A DNA stretch of 64,000 bases from an uncultured virus (IMG/VR IMGVR_UViG_3300011834_000039) (lineage: Duplodnaviria > Heunggongvirae > Uroviricota > Caudoviricetes): the IMG/VR virus record IMGVR_UViG_3300011834_000039; one strand, given 5' to 3'. Shown here piece by piece: positions 35,995 to 45,987 of this stretch. The stretch's first letter is position 1. Every line of letters begins with the position of its first letter. Below the pieces are notes generated by a model. That model ran no database searches, was not told where the DNA came from, and worked only from the letters and a program-made list of their open reading frames with translations. The translations under genes were made by a program, and so were the position numbers.

Positions 35995-38378
35995 TACATT
36001 CCCCCATCCGAAAACGCACCGTTCGAAGCTGACGTAATCTTACCCACCAGCAATCGCTCCATTTCGCCGCGCAGCTCGGCTGCGGTGGCTCCAGTCTGGG
36101 CATTGAGAGTGATATAATTGTTGATTTGCGGAGGTTGCGGATTGGTAACCCGCACATCTTGCGTTCCGCTCGGCATTGTCTGGACCGGATTTGAGATCGA
36201 TACAGATGGAGTGTCGACAATGGAAACGTCCGTCGGACCTTTGCCAATACCGGCAGTCGGCGACGGTGCTGTCAGAGCATCCCAAATAGCTCCGAGGCTA
36301 AAAGGCTGTGGCGCAGTTTGCGCAGGCTGATTAGGCAACGGCGCTGCGGGCACTATCTGTCCGACACCAGATCCAGCTTTGACCTTTTGTTCATTCGATT
36401 TCTCTACAAAAAACTCCGGGTCAATGTATCGCGGATCCGACGGTCCCTTTGCTTCCAAGCCCTTATAGACCCCGTAGGCGACAAGCCCCCATAAGCCGCC
36501 GCGAGCGACCATACCACCCGTCCCGCCGCCAGATCCCAAAATACGGCTAAGCCATCCCGCACTCGCTCCACCCGCTGCTGCAGTTCCACCGCCAGCGACA
36601 GTAGAAGCCGCACCTGCAGCAGCTGTTCCTGCAATCAAGTTCCTCAATTCGAGCAATGGCCCTGCAACGGCCAAAAGGCCTGCGCCAATTGTCACCCAAT
36701 CCACAAGCGACAACTTCGTCAGGTTATCTGCAAACTCGCCAATGCTGTTTGCACCTTTTACAGCATCAATCAGTGTGATTGCGGTAGCAGCGGCCAACCC
36801 AATCCGGCCAAATGGAGAGAACGCAAGTCGTGTGATGCCTCGCCCCATGGTCAGCATGGCTGCGCCCGTGGCAGCAATGCCGAGTGCGCTTATAACGGTA
36901 GCAGAGCCAGACATCTTGCTGAGAGCTTCCGAAATATTACCGGCAGCACCCAGAATATTGCCCTCACTGATATCCTTTGCGAAGGCTTTAAGATCGAGCC
37001 CGATCTTGCGGAAATTATTCGAAAGCCTGGCCAGATCAATCATGCGCTGATCGACCTGTGTGCCGTCGCCCTCAAATGCCTTGCCGAACAGGAGGTCACC
37101 GAGATCGTTGATCAGCTGGCGCGTTCCGCCCTCGCCCCCATAACCGAAACCGCTCATCAGACCCTTGACGGCCATTTCGATCTTGTCGATGACGCCCACA
37201 CGCTTATCCAGCGTGTCCAGTACATCGCCGATACCAAGGCTCATATCCTTGATCGTAGGCAACCAGCTGTCACCAACGCCAATGCCATAAGCCTTGATCT
37301 TGTTCCCAAGCAGCTGCAAAGCGTTCGCAGTCGTTTCGGCGCGAACCATGTATTCCTGAAACGCAGATCCGCTGTAGTTCGACTCAGTGCCGATCATCGC
37401 AAGCTCGCGGCGCAGCTCTTTCGTATCGGCAATGATCGGCATGAGCGCCCGCGCCTCATCGCCGAACAAGGCAGAAGCGATGCTGATATGCTGATCTTTC
37501 GGAAGCTGCTGGATCCGCTCGATCACGTTCAACGTGGTCTTGAGCGCATCTTTCTGCATGTTCTTCGATACCTTTACGGAATCGAGGCCAAGCTTTGCAA
37601 ATGCCAAACGCTGCGACTTTGTAGCCTGCTCGCCTTTCGTCAGCGCTCGCCCCATATTGCGGAACGAAGTTGCCGCAACTTCCGCCTCAGCACCCGCCGA
37701 AATCATTGAGGCACCGAAAGCGAGCGTCTGGGTATCGGAGAAGCCAAACATCTTGCCGGTCGCAGCAACGCGCTTGTCAAACTCCACGAGGTCGCGAGCA
37801 GCCGAGGCGGTATTGTTTGCGAGGTGATTGATGGCGTCAGCGTGTAAACCGATCTGGTCGACGTTAAAGCCAAGCTGGGTCTTGATCTTTGCTAGCGCAT
37901 CACCGGTTTCCCCCTGCGACGTGTCCCATGCAACACTGACTTTTGCCGCCATTTCAGAGAACTTTGTCAGTTCCTGCAAGGCGACACCAGACTGACCGGC
38001 AGCAGCATAGATCGAGGCAAGCCCATCGGCAGTTACCGGGAGTTCCTTCGATAGTCCGAGGATCTCGGATCGAACGACGGACAATTGCGCAGGTGTGCCG
38101 TCGACGACCTTGCGGACATCGGCGAAAGCTTCCTCGAATTTCATAGCTGCGCCGACCGTTCCGCCGATACCTTCACGAACACCGACATAACCGGCCCCGA
38201 TGGCGACGAGATTACGAGCCAACGCCCCGACGGAAAAGCCGCCGCCCGCCCCCATGATCGCGGACGTGGTTCTGCTGGCACGACGGTTGAGACCGTCGAG
38301 CGCAGCAGCAACACCGCGAGCGGGACCGGTGATCTGATCGACAAGTGAAACAACCAGCTTTGAACTCAGAACAGCCAT
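35994..38378 (-). CDS. Tail tape measure protein
   Basis: 794 aa; 'FEEAFADVRKV', 'INHLANN', 'LFGDEA' TMP core. Confidence 0.92.
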   Translation of the reverse strand: MAVLSSKLVVSLVDQITGPARGVAAALDGLNRRASRTTSAIMGAGGGFSVGALARNLVAIGAGYVGVREGIGGTVGAAMKFEEAFADVRKVVDGTPAQLSVVRSEILGLSKELPVTADGLASIYAAAGQSGVALQELTKFSEMAAKVSVAWDTSQGETGDALAKIKTQLGFNVDQIGLHADAINHLANNTASAARDLVEFDKRVAATGKMFGFSDTQTLAFGASMISAGAEAEVAATSFRNMGRALTKGEQATKSQRLAFAKLGLDSVKVSKNMQKDALKTTLNVIERIQQLPKDQHISIASALFGDEARALMPIIADTKELRRELAMIGTESNYSGSAFQEYMVRAETTANALQLLGNKIKAYGIGVGDSWLPTIKDMSLGIGDVLDTLDKRVGVIDKIEMAVKGLMSGFGYGGEGGTRQLINDLGDLLFGKAFEGDGTQVDQRMIDLARLSNNFRKIGLDLKAFAKDISEGNILGAAGNISEALSKMSGSATVISALGIAATGAAMLTMGRGITRLAFSPFGRIGLAAATAITLIDAVKGANSIGEFADNLTKLSLVDWVTIGAGLLAVAGPLLELRNLIAGTAAAGAASTVAGGGTAAAGGASAGWLSRILGSGGGTGGMVARGGLWGLVAYGVYKGLEAKGPSDPRYIDPEFFVEKSNEQKVKAGSGVGQIVPAAPLPNQPAQTAPQPFSLGAIWDALTAPSPTAGIGKGPTDVSIVDTPSVSISNPVQTMPSGTQDVRVTNPQPPQINNYITLNAQTGATAAELRGEMERLLVGKITSASNGAFSDGGM

Positions 38379-38380
38379 TA

Positions 38381-38775
38381 TTATCTCTTTGCTTTCATCA
38401 GATCGACGGCCTCATCACGCCACAACAAGACTTCCTGCGGCGTCATTTCCAGAAACGTCGATATCGGGGTGTAAAGGTTCTGGCTAAGCCAGATTGTCAG
38501 GCGTCGCCATCCGAGGTGCCCTGCCGCAAAAAAGGCGACACCACCTTTGTGCAACGCTCGTAGTCGGTCACGCTGAATTCGGCCACCTCCGGATAGGTGG
38601 ATCCGGATAGCTGGGCAATCATCAGCGCCATAACCTGATTGTTGCCTCCGCCTTTGGCCACGTTTTCGACGGCGATTAGGTCTGCCAGCTTAGGCTCGCG
38701 AAACTCAATCTGGTTGGTATTCGTGCCACCAAGCTTATAAGACTTGGAAAGCAAGACTGTGTTTTTATCGGTCAT
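38381..38775 (-). CDS. Tail assembly chaperone gpE (38497-38775) and -1 frameshift product gpE+E'
   Basis: Slippery T TTT TTG at 38527-38533; -1 frame reads '...TPISTFLEMTPQEVLLWRDEA...' to TAA at 38381. Confidence 0.85.
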
Positions 38776-38802
38776 GTTGTCGTGTCCTTGAAACTACGCT
38801 GA

Positions 38803-39309
38803 TTATGCCAGCAGCGCGCTGCGGATGGATTGCGTGCGCGACGTGCCTCCGATGGACACATCAAACGGCGTCATTTCGATCAGGGTCGCCCCTTCGACTT
38901 CCAGCTTGTAGTAGCGAAGCGTGATCGAGAAATCGTTTTCGGCCATGTCACCCGGCTTCCAGGCACCATGATCGTTCTTAATGAGGCGACCGCGAATATA
39001 GGCAGTTGCGTTGACGACGCTGCCATCCTCGTGCACGAGCGCACCGGTCACCATGAACTCGCGCTCGGAACCGACTTCCAGGCCGAACAACGTGATAACC
39101 TGAGGATCAAAGCCGGAGAGCTTGAAACTTGCCTCCAGTTTTTCATAACCCATCGGGATATCAATCGGCAGCACCATACCGGCGTTGCGCAGTTCCTCGA
39201 CCTTTTCCGTCGGCACTGGCAGCGTGATCTCGCTTGCCTGCCCGATCTTCGAAACGCGGTCTGCAAAAATGGTGCAGTTCCGCAGGATATAACGCGGCAT
39301 GTCAGACAT
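38803..39309 (-). CDS. Tail tube protein (P2 FII)
   Basis: 'EITLP...EELRNAGM...MGYEKLE', 'YYKLEVEG'. Confidence 0.92.
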   Translation of the reverse strand: MSDMPRYILRNCTIFADRVSKIGQASEITLPVPTEKVEELRNAGMVLPIDIPMGYEKLEASFKLSGFDPQVITLFGLEVGSEREFMVTGALVHEDGSVVNATAYIRGRLIKNDHGAWKPGDMAENDFSITLRYYKLEVEGATLIEMTPFDVSIGGTSRTQSIRSALLA

Positions 39310-39366
39310 GAGCCTAACCCCTTAATGACGTTGAAGTGGGAGAATTGGAGCGGGATGGGCTGGCCG

Positions 39367-40797
39367 TTAGCCAGCCGATCCGGAAGTGATTTCCTGCGCA
39401 ACCTGATTGAGCAGCAGCGTATAGCTGGCGATATTGCGATATGCCGTAATACGGATATCAACCATCGGTGCAGGCGGTTCGAACTTCACACCAAGCTTGA
39501 TGATGCCTTGCGCCATATCGTTGTCAGTGTTCGTGTCCAGCAACCAACAATCATGACCAGGCAGGATTGCGCCTTCGGCTTCCATCTGTCGGAGGAAAGC
39601 GCGCCCGCCCTCGACCATGAATTTCAGATTGGCGCGGGAGAACGGCTTGTCGACAAATTCGAGATATGCCTTTTCCAGCGCTTCATTGATCGCGTCAGCA
39701 GTGCGCCGCACAGAAATGAATTGCCAGAGAAGTTCTGCCGCGCATGTCCAGACACCCCAGAGCCGGAAGCCGGTATTATCGATATTGACGATAGTATTGA
39801 CCCGGTTTTCATTGAGGTAGTTCGACTGGTCGCCATATTCGATAGGACGGTTGACGCCGACAATGCCGGAGATACCGACATTCGAACCGGACCACCAGAA
39901 GCCTTGCTCCAGGTCCATTTTCGCCTGCTTGGCGGCGAAGATCGGCGAGGATGGAGCCGGAACATTGGCATCAAGTTCCGTGTCGTATTTCAAGACTTTC
40001 GGATCGCAGATCGCGATCCGCCCCGAATTGATCAGCCCACGATACTGCACTGCAGCCTGATCGGTCGTGTCCGGCCCGTCGACATAAGCAACGGCTTTCA
40101 GCTTTTCCGCCACACCCATCAGTTCGGCAACAACCGGGTTCATAACAGAACCGATATTGGCGGTTGCGGTTGCGTCCTTGGATCCAGCCTTGCCAGTGAT
40201 CGTAACCCCCGGTGTTCCGGTATAGCCGTAGCCAGCCTTGCGGACGATAATCGCAGTGATCGCGCCTTCGGCAACAACAGCTTCTGCGACTGCACCCGAT
40301 CCAGTGCCCGTAACCGCAACAGTTGTCGTGTCAGCATCGTAGCCGGTGCCGCCTGCGGTCACATTGATCGAGGCAATGCCGTCGGCTGGCGAGGTCTGGG
40401 TGAAGCCGGGCGCAATAAGCAACTTAGGCTTATAGAGACCGTCCGACGATGCGCGCCGGAATGCATGGACGCCGGTAAAGGCAGTCTGGTCGCCGATCAG
40501 GTTCGACCAGGTTTCGGCGGTCGTTTCGCCTTCCTCAACCCGAACCACGATGATCGGACAGCCGACCTGGTCGAAAATGCTGTCGATAGCGTTTTTCAGC
40601 GTACCGGCATCGCCGAGAGTTGCTGCATCCTGCGGGCGCAGGATCTGCACCGGCTTATTCAGCGGGAACGCAAGTACGTCCGCATTCGGCGCAGTGCCAA
40701 TAAGCCCGATGACGGCAGTGCGCGCCATGCGTACCAGAAGCGGGGTTTCGGCACTTTCGAATACACGCGTGCCGTGGTGAAAGGACACAGATGCCAT
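39367..40797 (-). CDS. Tail sheath protein (P2 FI)
   Basis: 'FHHG', 'TAVIGLIGTA', 'GFWWSGSN', 'GFRLWG', 'F.SVRRT.D'. Confidence 0.95.
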   Translation of the reverse strand: MASVSFHHGTRVFESAETPLLVRMARTAVIGLIGTAPNADVLAFPLNKPVQILRPQDAATLGDAGTLKNAIDSIFDQVGCPIIVVRVEEGETTAETWSNLIGDQTAFTGVHAFRRASSDGLYKPKLLIAPGFTQTSPADGIASINVTAGGTGYDADTTTVAVTGTGSGAVAEAVVAEGAITAIIVRKAGYGYTGTPGVTITGKAGSKDATATANIGSVMNPVVAELMGVAEKLKAVAYVDGPDTTDQAAVQYRGLINSGRIAICDPKVLKYDTELDANVPAPSSPIFAAKQAKMDLEQGFWWSGSNVGISGIVGVNRPIEYGDQSNYLNENRVNTIVNIDNTGFRLWGVWTCAAELLWQFISVRRTADAINEALEKAYLEFVDKPFSRANLKFMVEGGRAFLRQMEAEGAILPGHDCWLLDTNTDNDMAQGIIKLGVKFEPPAPMVDIRITAYRNIASYTLLLNQVAQEITSGSAG

Positions 40798-40847
40798 AGC
40801 GGCACTCCTTGGATTAAGACCTCAGCGGGTCAGGTTTTCAGGAAAAA

Positions 40848-41411
40848 TCAGAGCGCCGGTTGCGGCCACTCAATCGCATCAACAATGGCTCGCGCAGCCG
40901 CTTCATTAGCGGCGGCGTCAATATCGCGTTTGGCACCGAGGCGCACGGCTTCAATTGCAGCACCAATCTGCTGCCAAAGTGAAAAGGCAGCAAGGACAAC
41001 ATCGGCTACCTCGGAAAGCGTTTCTGCAGTAATCCCCACTTCTGACGACAGCACCGGATAGTCGGCAGCTTTTGGGCTGCTCGCAATTTTGAACGCCCGT
41101 GCTTCGACAACCTTCTGCTGATAGGTCATCGCCTGACCTTCACCGGGCGTGATGTATTTCAGGCGCTCTGTTTCAGCCCACGCGTCGACCCCCTGTTTCA
41201 ATGCGCTCTTTAAGGATGACAAGTCTTCCGGGGTAGGTTGTGGCATTAGGAAATCGCCTTCGCCATAAACCCATCCACATTGCACATCATCGTCGCATTG
41301 AACCAGTGCGGCAACAAAGTCGGGCGGAAAGCGCCGGTCAAGATCAATCCCTTCAACCGGCTCGATTATTTCCGCGACAACACCATTTTCAATTCTTGCG
41401 AAATTTGGCAT
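40848..41411 (-). CDS. Tail fibre assembly-associated protein
   Basis: Follows the fibre gene; 'PG..MTY..K..EA', 'IEA.RL.AK'. Confidence 0.7.
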   Translation of the reverse strand: MPNFARIENGVVAEIIEPVEGIDLDRRFPPDFVAALVQCDDDVQCGWVYGEGDFLMPQPTPEDLSSLKSALKQGVDAWAETERLKYITPGEGQAMTYQQKVVEARAFKIASSPKAADYPVLSSEVGITAETLSEVADVVLAAFSLWQQIGAAIEAVRLGAKRDIDAAANEAAARAIVDAIEWPQPAL

Positions 41412-41412
41412 T

Positions 41413-43005
41413 TCAATACTCCACAATGATAAAGCCAGGCGCACCTTCACCGCCAATCGCAGTCGAGCCAGCAGCGCCGCCGCCGCCACCGCCGGGGAAC
41501 AGTCCGGGCCTTCCCGTGGTCAAAATTCGTTGTGATGTCCCTCCGCTGCCCAAAGGCGCGCCCGCGCCGACACCCGCAAAATATGTGCCCCCCGCCTGAA
41601 CACCTTCTGTGCCGTTATTCCCCGCTATGCCAACATCGGCATTCGTTGGGGTATTTGCACCTGCTCCAAACGGACCCATTCCGCCATAGCTTCCTCCCGC
41701 GCCGCCACCGCCCAAGACGGCCAGATATGTACCGAATGACGAAGTGCCGCCGTTCCCTCCGGTATTACCTGCCGGTCCAGGTGCGCCACCGGCACCAACA
41801 GTAACAATTATGCTCGCACCCGGAGTGACTGGAATATCGATCTTTTCACCGTAAGCGCCGCTGCCACCACCGCCGCCAGCCCCGGTTTGTGTCGTGGACG
41901 AGCAGCCACCACCGCCGCCGCCAGCACCCCACACGCGCACTCTTTTGATATTATAAACGCCCGCTGGGACAACGAACGTGTAGGTGCCTGCGGTCGCATA
42001 GGCGGCGACACCGCCGATTGCGCTGGGAATAGTCACCAATTGCCACGCATTGGATGCTGCATTGAAAATGAAATCGGCAACACTGCCCGCAGGCAAGTCA
42101 CCCTTTTTCAGCGGTGAACCACCAAACCGGACGATGGGCTTTGCACCCGCTCCAGCATCAAGGGTTGCAGGCCCAGTGTTCGTTACCTGAATTGCAAGGC
42201 GCGCCAGCAGACCGTTCTTATAGGATGAGATAGCGGGCGCTAACACCGCAGTGAGGGCATTTGCAGTTCCGCTAGCAGGGGCCGAATTCCATTTGCCTGA
42301 CTGCGCGTCGATTGCAACTTTTTCAATATAAGTCCCGGCAATACGCTCGAAAATTCGACCGTCTGGTAGACTGATACCATGACCATCTGCGGGGCTTGCT
42401 AGCCCCCAGCCCGCTGCAGTATATTCCGCTATTTTCCCCGCCTGTCCCGCCCATGCACCTGTGGCACCGTCTGGCACCAGATAAACATCCCCGATAGCGG
42501 GAGTAGCTGGGGGGGTAGGCTGCGTCATCGCAATGACCGGAAGCCAAGGCAACCGGTTTAAACGTTGCATCGCCACCTTGAATGCAGGGTCGACAACAAT
42601 AGTGATTGCAGAAATATTCGAGAATGCCACCTCCAGACGAATAGTACCCTCGACCGTCTGCCCGCTCGACGGGATTGGTTTACTGATTGGAGGATCGTAG
42701 CGAGCGATGGCAATTAGATCGCCATCCTGATCAATCAGGCCCGCTTCCCGAATTGTGTAAGGACCTTCCGCAGCCTCCAGAAAAATATCGAAGTACGCCA
42801 CATTCGATGCACCCACCACAGTGCCATGTCCCGAAATCGCCTTGCGTGCAACTTCATGGTAAAGCGCAGTTTCGCCGCCCGACGGAACGGTTGTGCCGTC
42901 ACCAATTGCGATGTGGGTAATGACAACGGAAGTACCGTTGGCAAGCGCCGCCGCTTCCTTCGCGCGACCAAGGTTCGTCATCAAAGCGAACGTGTTTTGA
43001 GCCAT
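41413..43005 (-). CDS. Tail fibre protein (P2 H-type N-terminus, DUF2793-like middle, Gly-rich C-terminus)
   Basis: 'T.LG..KEA...THIAIGDG...GP.TIREAGL'; 'PP..P..GD.YLV...ATGAWAG'; polyglycine repeats. Confidence 0.88.
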   Translation of the reverse strand: MAQNTFALMTNLGRAKEAAALANGTSVVITHIAIGDGTTVPSGGETALYHEVARKAISGHGTVVGASNVAYFDIFLEAAEGPYTIREAGLIDQDGDLIAIARYDPPISKPIPSSGQTVEGTIRLEVAFSNISAITIVVDPAFKVAMQRLNRLPWLPVIAMTQPTPPATPAIGDVYLVPDGATGAWAGQAGKIAEYTAAGWGLASPADGHGISLPDGRIFERIAGTYIEKVAIDAQSGKWNSAPASGTANALTAVLAPAISSYKNGLLARLAIQVTNTGPATLDAGAGAKPIVRFGGSPLKKGDLPAGSVADFIFNAASNAWQLVTIPSAIGGVAAYATAGTYTFVVPAGVYNIKRVRVWGAGGGGGGCSSTTQTGAGGGGGSGAYGEKIDIPVTPGASIIVTVGAGGAPGPAGNTGGNGGTSSFGTYLAVLGGGGAGGSYGGMGPFGAGANTPTNADVGIAGNNGTEGVQAGGTYFAGVGAGAPLGSGGTSQRILTTGRPGLFPGGGGGGAAGSTAIGGEGAPGFIIVEY

Positions 43006-43009
43006 AGTC

Positions 43010-43675
43010 TTAAACCTTGTAATGAGCAGTTGCCGATATGAAGGCGCAAGGTGCACCGGCAATATAACTGGATGCCCTTAATACGGGCGGGTCGAACGCG
43101 AACGGATGGGCAATTGCGGTCAGATTAGTTCGGGGAAATGCACCGATGTAGATCGTGCCACGAGCCTGAATGACTGCACGTGTTCCAAACACACGCGATT
43201 TCGGCTTGGCAGCATCAACCGATGCAATTGCCGCTGCCTGCGCTTCCAGGTCAAAAACCGGACTACCATTGCGATAAAGGATCTCGACCCGGAACGTCCC
43301 GCGCCTTGAACTATCCTCCCACCACTCGACAATGCGGGTTTCCAACTCAAACGCTGCCAGCGCCCGCTCAACCGCACCACGCGTACCCTTGAGACGATGC
43401 ACCATAGGTGAAGCCGCAATGACCCGGCGCTGTTGCGCCTCAGGCCAATCAGCCGACCAGACATCAACCGACACCCCCATGGCCAGATATGGCAACAGAA
43501 CCTTCGGGCACGTGGCAGGATTCCAGATCGTCGCAATGACGGTGGGATCAACCGTCGCAATTCGCGCCAGTTCAGCAGCGAGCAATGCGACAGTGAGTGA
43601 CGAAGAACGCGCAGGAAGAATGGAACGTGCGAGATCTGCAACGGCGTCAATTGCTTCACCTGGCGTCATTGCCAC
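43010..43675 (-). CDS. Tail protein I (P2 gpI)
   Basis: 'WNPATCP..LLPYLA...SVD.W..DW.E...R....H..KGT'. Confidence 0.92.
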   Translation of the reverse strand: MAMTPGEAIDAVADLARSILPARSSSLTVALLAAELARIATVDPTVIATIWNPATCPKVLLPYLAMGVSVDVWSADWPEAQQRRVIAASPMVHRLKGTRGAVERALAAFELETRIVEWWEDSSRRGTFRVEILYRNGSPVFDLEAQAAAIASVDAAKPKSRVFGTRAVIQARGTIYIGAFPRTNLTAIAHPFAFDPPVLRASSYIAGAPCAFISATAHYKV

Positions 43676-44715
43676 GATCCTTGCGTTTGAACCGTATTGA
43701 CCGTGATTGTGCCGACTTGTCCGACACCTTTCGAACCCGGCTCGATATCAGCCACAGGCGAAACCACCTCAACAGTGACGTTGTCGTCGACCGCTGCACG
43801 ACCGCCGATAACCTCGCGCTGCACGGCCAAACCGATACGACGGCGAGACGCGGCATATGCAGTCAGTCGCTTTTTCGCTTCCGCCGCCATCGCCGACACG
43901 TCGACACCGGGAGCATAATAAAGCGTAACCTCGATATCGTAGGCCGTAACCGTCGCAGGCTCAATGCGGACATTGTCACCAATTGGCCGAACGTCCTTCG
44001 GCGTCACCGCCTCGAACGCCCGGTTCAACAACGTTTGATCTGTAGGGCCGTAGGTAACCGTCGGAAGAATTACGACGAGAATTTCAGGTGCCAGCACCGG
44101 ATCGCCGGTAGCCCGACCGGCAAACGGGTTCGGGATCAGCCCCATTGAATAGGCATCTGCATGAAGTCCATTCGTATAGGTCGCAGCATCTTCCTCGGAA
44201 TAGACCGCGACATCGGCGATATCCCGCTTTCCATCCAGCTCCAGAGCATGAAAGGCATATGCACCTTCCGGCCCTGCGGTCGAAAACGCTTCAAAGGCGA
44301 GCAGGATGCGGGCGCGGAATATATCATCCAGTTCGACCCACTTCCCCAGAACCGGATCCCATTGCGAATTTTCCGGCTGATCATCCTCAGCATTGTCGTA
44401 GACAAGACGCGAGATACCGGCATAGGTCGCTGCGATATGGTCAAGGTCGCCGCCGATGGCGGTTGCCAGAGACAAGGCGCGGATAGCTTCATTGACCCGC
44501 TGGCGAAACTTCATTTCCTGATAGCCACTGCCTTCCGAAAAAGCGATCACCATGGGATCGGTTTCCAGCTTCTCAACATCGTAAGAAACGCCGAACCGCT
44601 CCAGCGCGGCAATCAGGTATTCGTCGCGTGAGCTTTTGATTTCCTCGAAATCCACTGCGACGACACTTGGAACATCGCCAAGGTCAGCCAGGTTCGGCGC
44701 AACAAAGCGGCTCAT
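43666..44715 (-). CDS. Baseplate wedge protein J
   Basis: 'A.G.DLDH', 'FSTAGP.GAY.FHA', 'VRPIGD.V'. Confidence 0.92.
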   Translation of the reverse strand: MSRFVAPNLADLGDVPSVVAVDFEEIKSSRDEYLIAALERFGVSYDVEKLETDPMVIAFSEGSGYQEMKFRQRVNEAIRALSLATAIGGDLDHIAATYAGISRLVYDNAEDDQPENSQWDPVLGKWVELDDIFRARILLAFEAFSTAGPEGAYAFHALELDGKRDIADVAVYSEEDAATYTNGLHADAYSMGLIPNPFAGRATGDPVLAPEILVVILPTVTYGPTDQTLLNRAFEAVTPKDVRPIGDNVRIEPATVTAYDIEVTLYYAPGVDVSAMAAEAKKRLTAYAASRRRIGLAVQREVIGGRAAVDDNVTVEVVSPVADIEPGSKGVGQVGTITVNTVQTQGSWQ

Positions 44716-45095
44716 GACATAGTCCTTGCTATTGTGATGTTCATGGAGGCCTCACCTTCGGTCACTGAAAAATCACCCTTGTGACCGTTCGGGTAATAGA
44801 CACCGCGTATCTGGAGTTCGATGACGCCCTGTTCGTTCAGATCGCCAATGTTTATGCCGGTTACCGCAAAGCGTGGCTCCCATTTCGCAATCGCCATGGC
44901 GCAGGCTGAATAGATGCCGAGAATGACGCGGTCATTCATCGGTCTATCGATCAGGCCCATCAGCTCGGAACCGAAGTCCCGACGCATCACGCGAGATCCA
45001 ACCGGCGTTGTCAGGATAACCTCAATCGACTGCCGAACATGGTCAAAGCCCGCCAGCAGTGAACCGTCCACATTCGAAAAGCCGAGCGACGACAT
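44712..45095 (-). CDS. Baseplate protein W / gp25
   Basis: 'H.RQSI..ILTTP.GSRVMRR.FGS', 'WEPR'. Confidence 0.93.
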   Translation of the reverse strand: MSSLGFSNVDGSLLAGFDHVRQSIEVILTTPVGSRVMRRDFGSELMGLIDRPMNDRVILGIYSACAMAIAKWEPRFAVTGINIGDLNEQGVIELQIRGVYYPNGHKGDFSVTEGEASMNITIARTMS

Positions 45096-45098
45096 GGC

Positions 45099-45269
45099 CT
45101 ATTCCTTGACCGGGCGCACAGCCTTTTGCCGTTCAGACGGCTTTTCCAGCTGATGACCGTAGGGAGCCATAAATTGTTTGGCGACGGCATCCGGCATTTC
45201 CTGCTCGGCAGCTTTGGCTATGTAATAGGTGCCGCCGTAAAAGCCGCTTTCCTTCACGATGACTTTCAT
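45099..45269 (-). CDS. Small hypothetical virion-operon protein
   Basis: AAGGAG RBS; 56 aa. Confidence 0.6.
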   Translation of the reverse strand: MKVIVKESGFYGGTYYIAKAAEQEMPDAVAKQFMAPYGHQLEKPSERQKAVRPVKE

Positions 45270-45286
45270 CGCCTTTTCTCCTTTGG

Positions 45287-45550
45287 TCAGTCGCACGACC
45301 ACTTGGTCGCGCCAGAAATGAGACTTGCGCCGCAACCGGTTGTGTCGCCGGTTCGCGCCACGGGATCGCCTTCGCAAATGAATTTTGATGATCCCGATAC
45401 AATCGGCGTGACGCCGTGACCGGGAATGGGGCAGGAATGCAAATCGCCTTTTCTGGCGATGAGCTTTCCCTCGCAGATCCACTTGTCGGCTGACGAAATT
45501 ACGGTGCCGCCATGACTGGAGGTATCACCGAGACGAACGATCAGTGGCAT
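45287..45550 (-). CDS. PAAR-domain spike tip protein
   Basis: 'RLGD.SSHGG', 'IARKGD..SCP..GH', 'PVAR.GD...CGA'. Confidence 0.92.
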   Translation of the reverse strand: MPLIVRLGDTSSHGGTVISSADKWICEGKLIARKGDLHSCPIPGHGVTPIVSGSSKFICEGDPVARTGDTTGCGASLISGATKWSCD

Positions 45551-45987
45551 CAGGCAAGGTTTCCGTTGGAGGCTGTAAAAGTGATATTCGCCGCATCAAT
45601 CGTGACAGTGTCGTCGCTGATGAAAAAGCGGACACCGCCCTTGACGATCACCGCGTCCGGCCCGTCGTGCGGGCGCGGATTTGCATTCGAGTGCGTCGAG
45701 AAATCGATGACGGCGTCAGTCAGGTCACCGCTTTCCGACATGACATCAACCTGCTGTCCGACCGTTGGCGGGATATGGGTCGATATCCCGCCCGCTGCGA
45801 TTTCCTTCCACGGGATCCAGCCGGTTCGGAACGGTTGCTCGCCGCCCTCGATTTTAACGCGGGCAACACCCTTCCCATGGTCGATCTCATCAATCACGCC
45901 GGTTCGACGATGATTGGCCAGACGGCGCTCGACCTCGAACAGTCGACGGTGCAGCTCGACCAGAATATCAGGGAGATTGTCAGCCAT
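45550..45987 (-). CDS. Baseplate spike protein V
   Basis: 'TGWIPW...AG......PP.VGQQV...S.SGD'. Confidence 0.9.
   Translation of the reverse strand: MADNLPDILVELHRRLFEVERRLANHRRTGVIDEIDHGKGVARVKIEGGEQPFRTGWIPWKEIAAGGISTHIPPTVGQQVDVMSESGDLTDAVIDFSTHSNANPRPHDGPDAVIVKGGVRFFISDDTVTIDAANITFTASNGNLA

Noticed and set aside
38830..41061. 743-aa + strand ORF
   Set aside because: Antisense shadow of the tube/sheath genes; no recognisable motifs; such shadows are expected from high-GC codon bias
45287..45550. PAAR gene as T6SS component
   Set aside because: Lies between gpV and gpW in a complete phage tail operon; it is the spike tip
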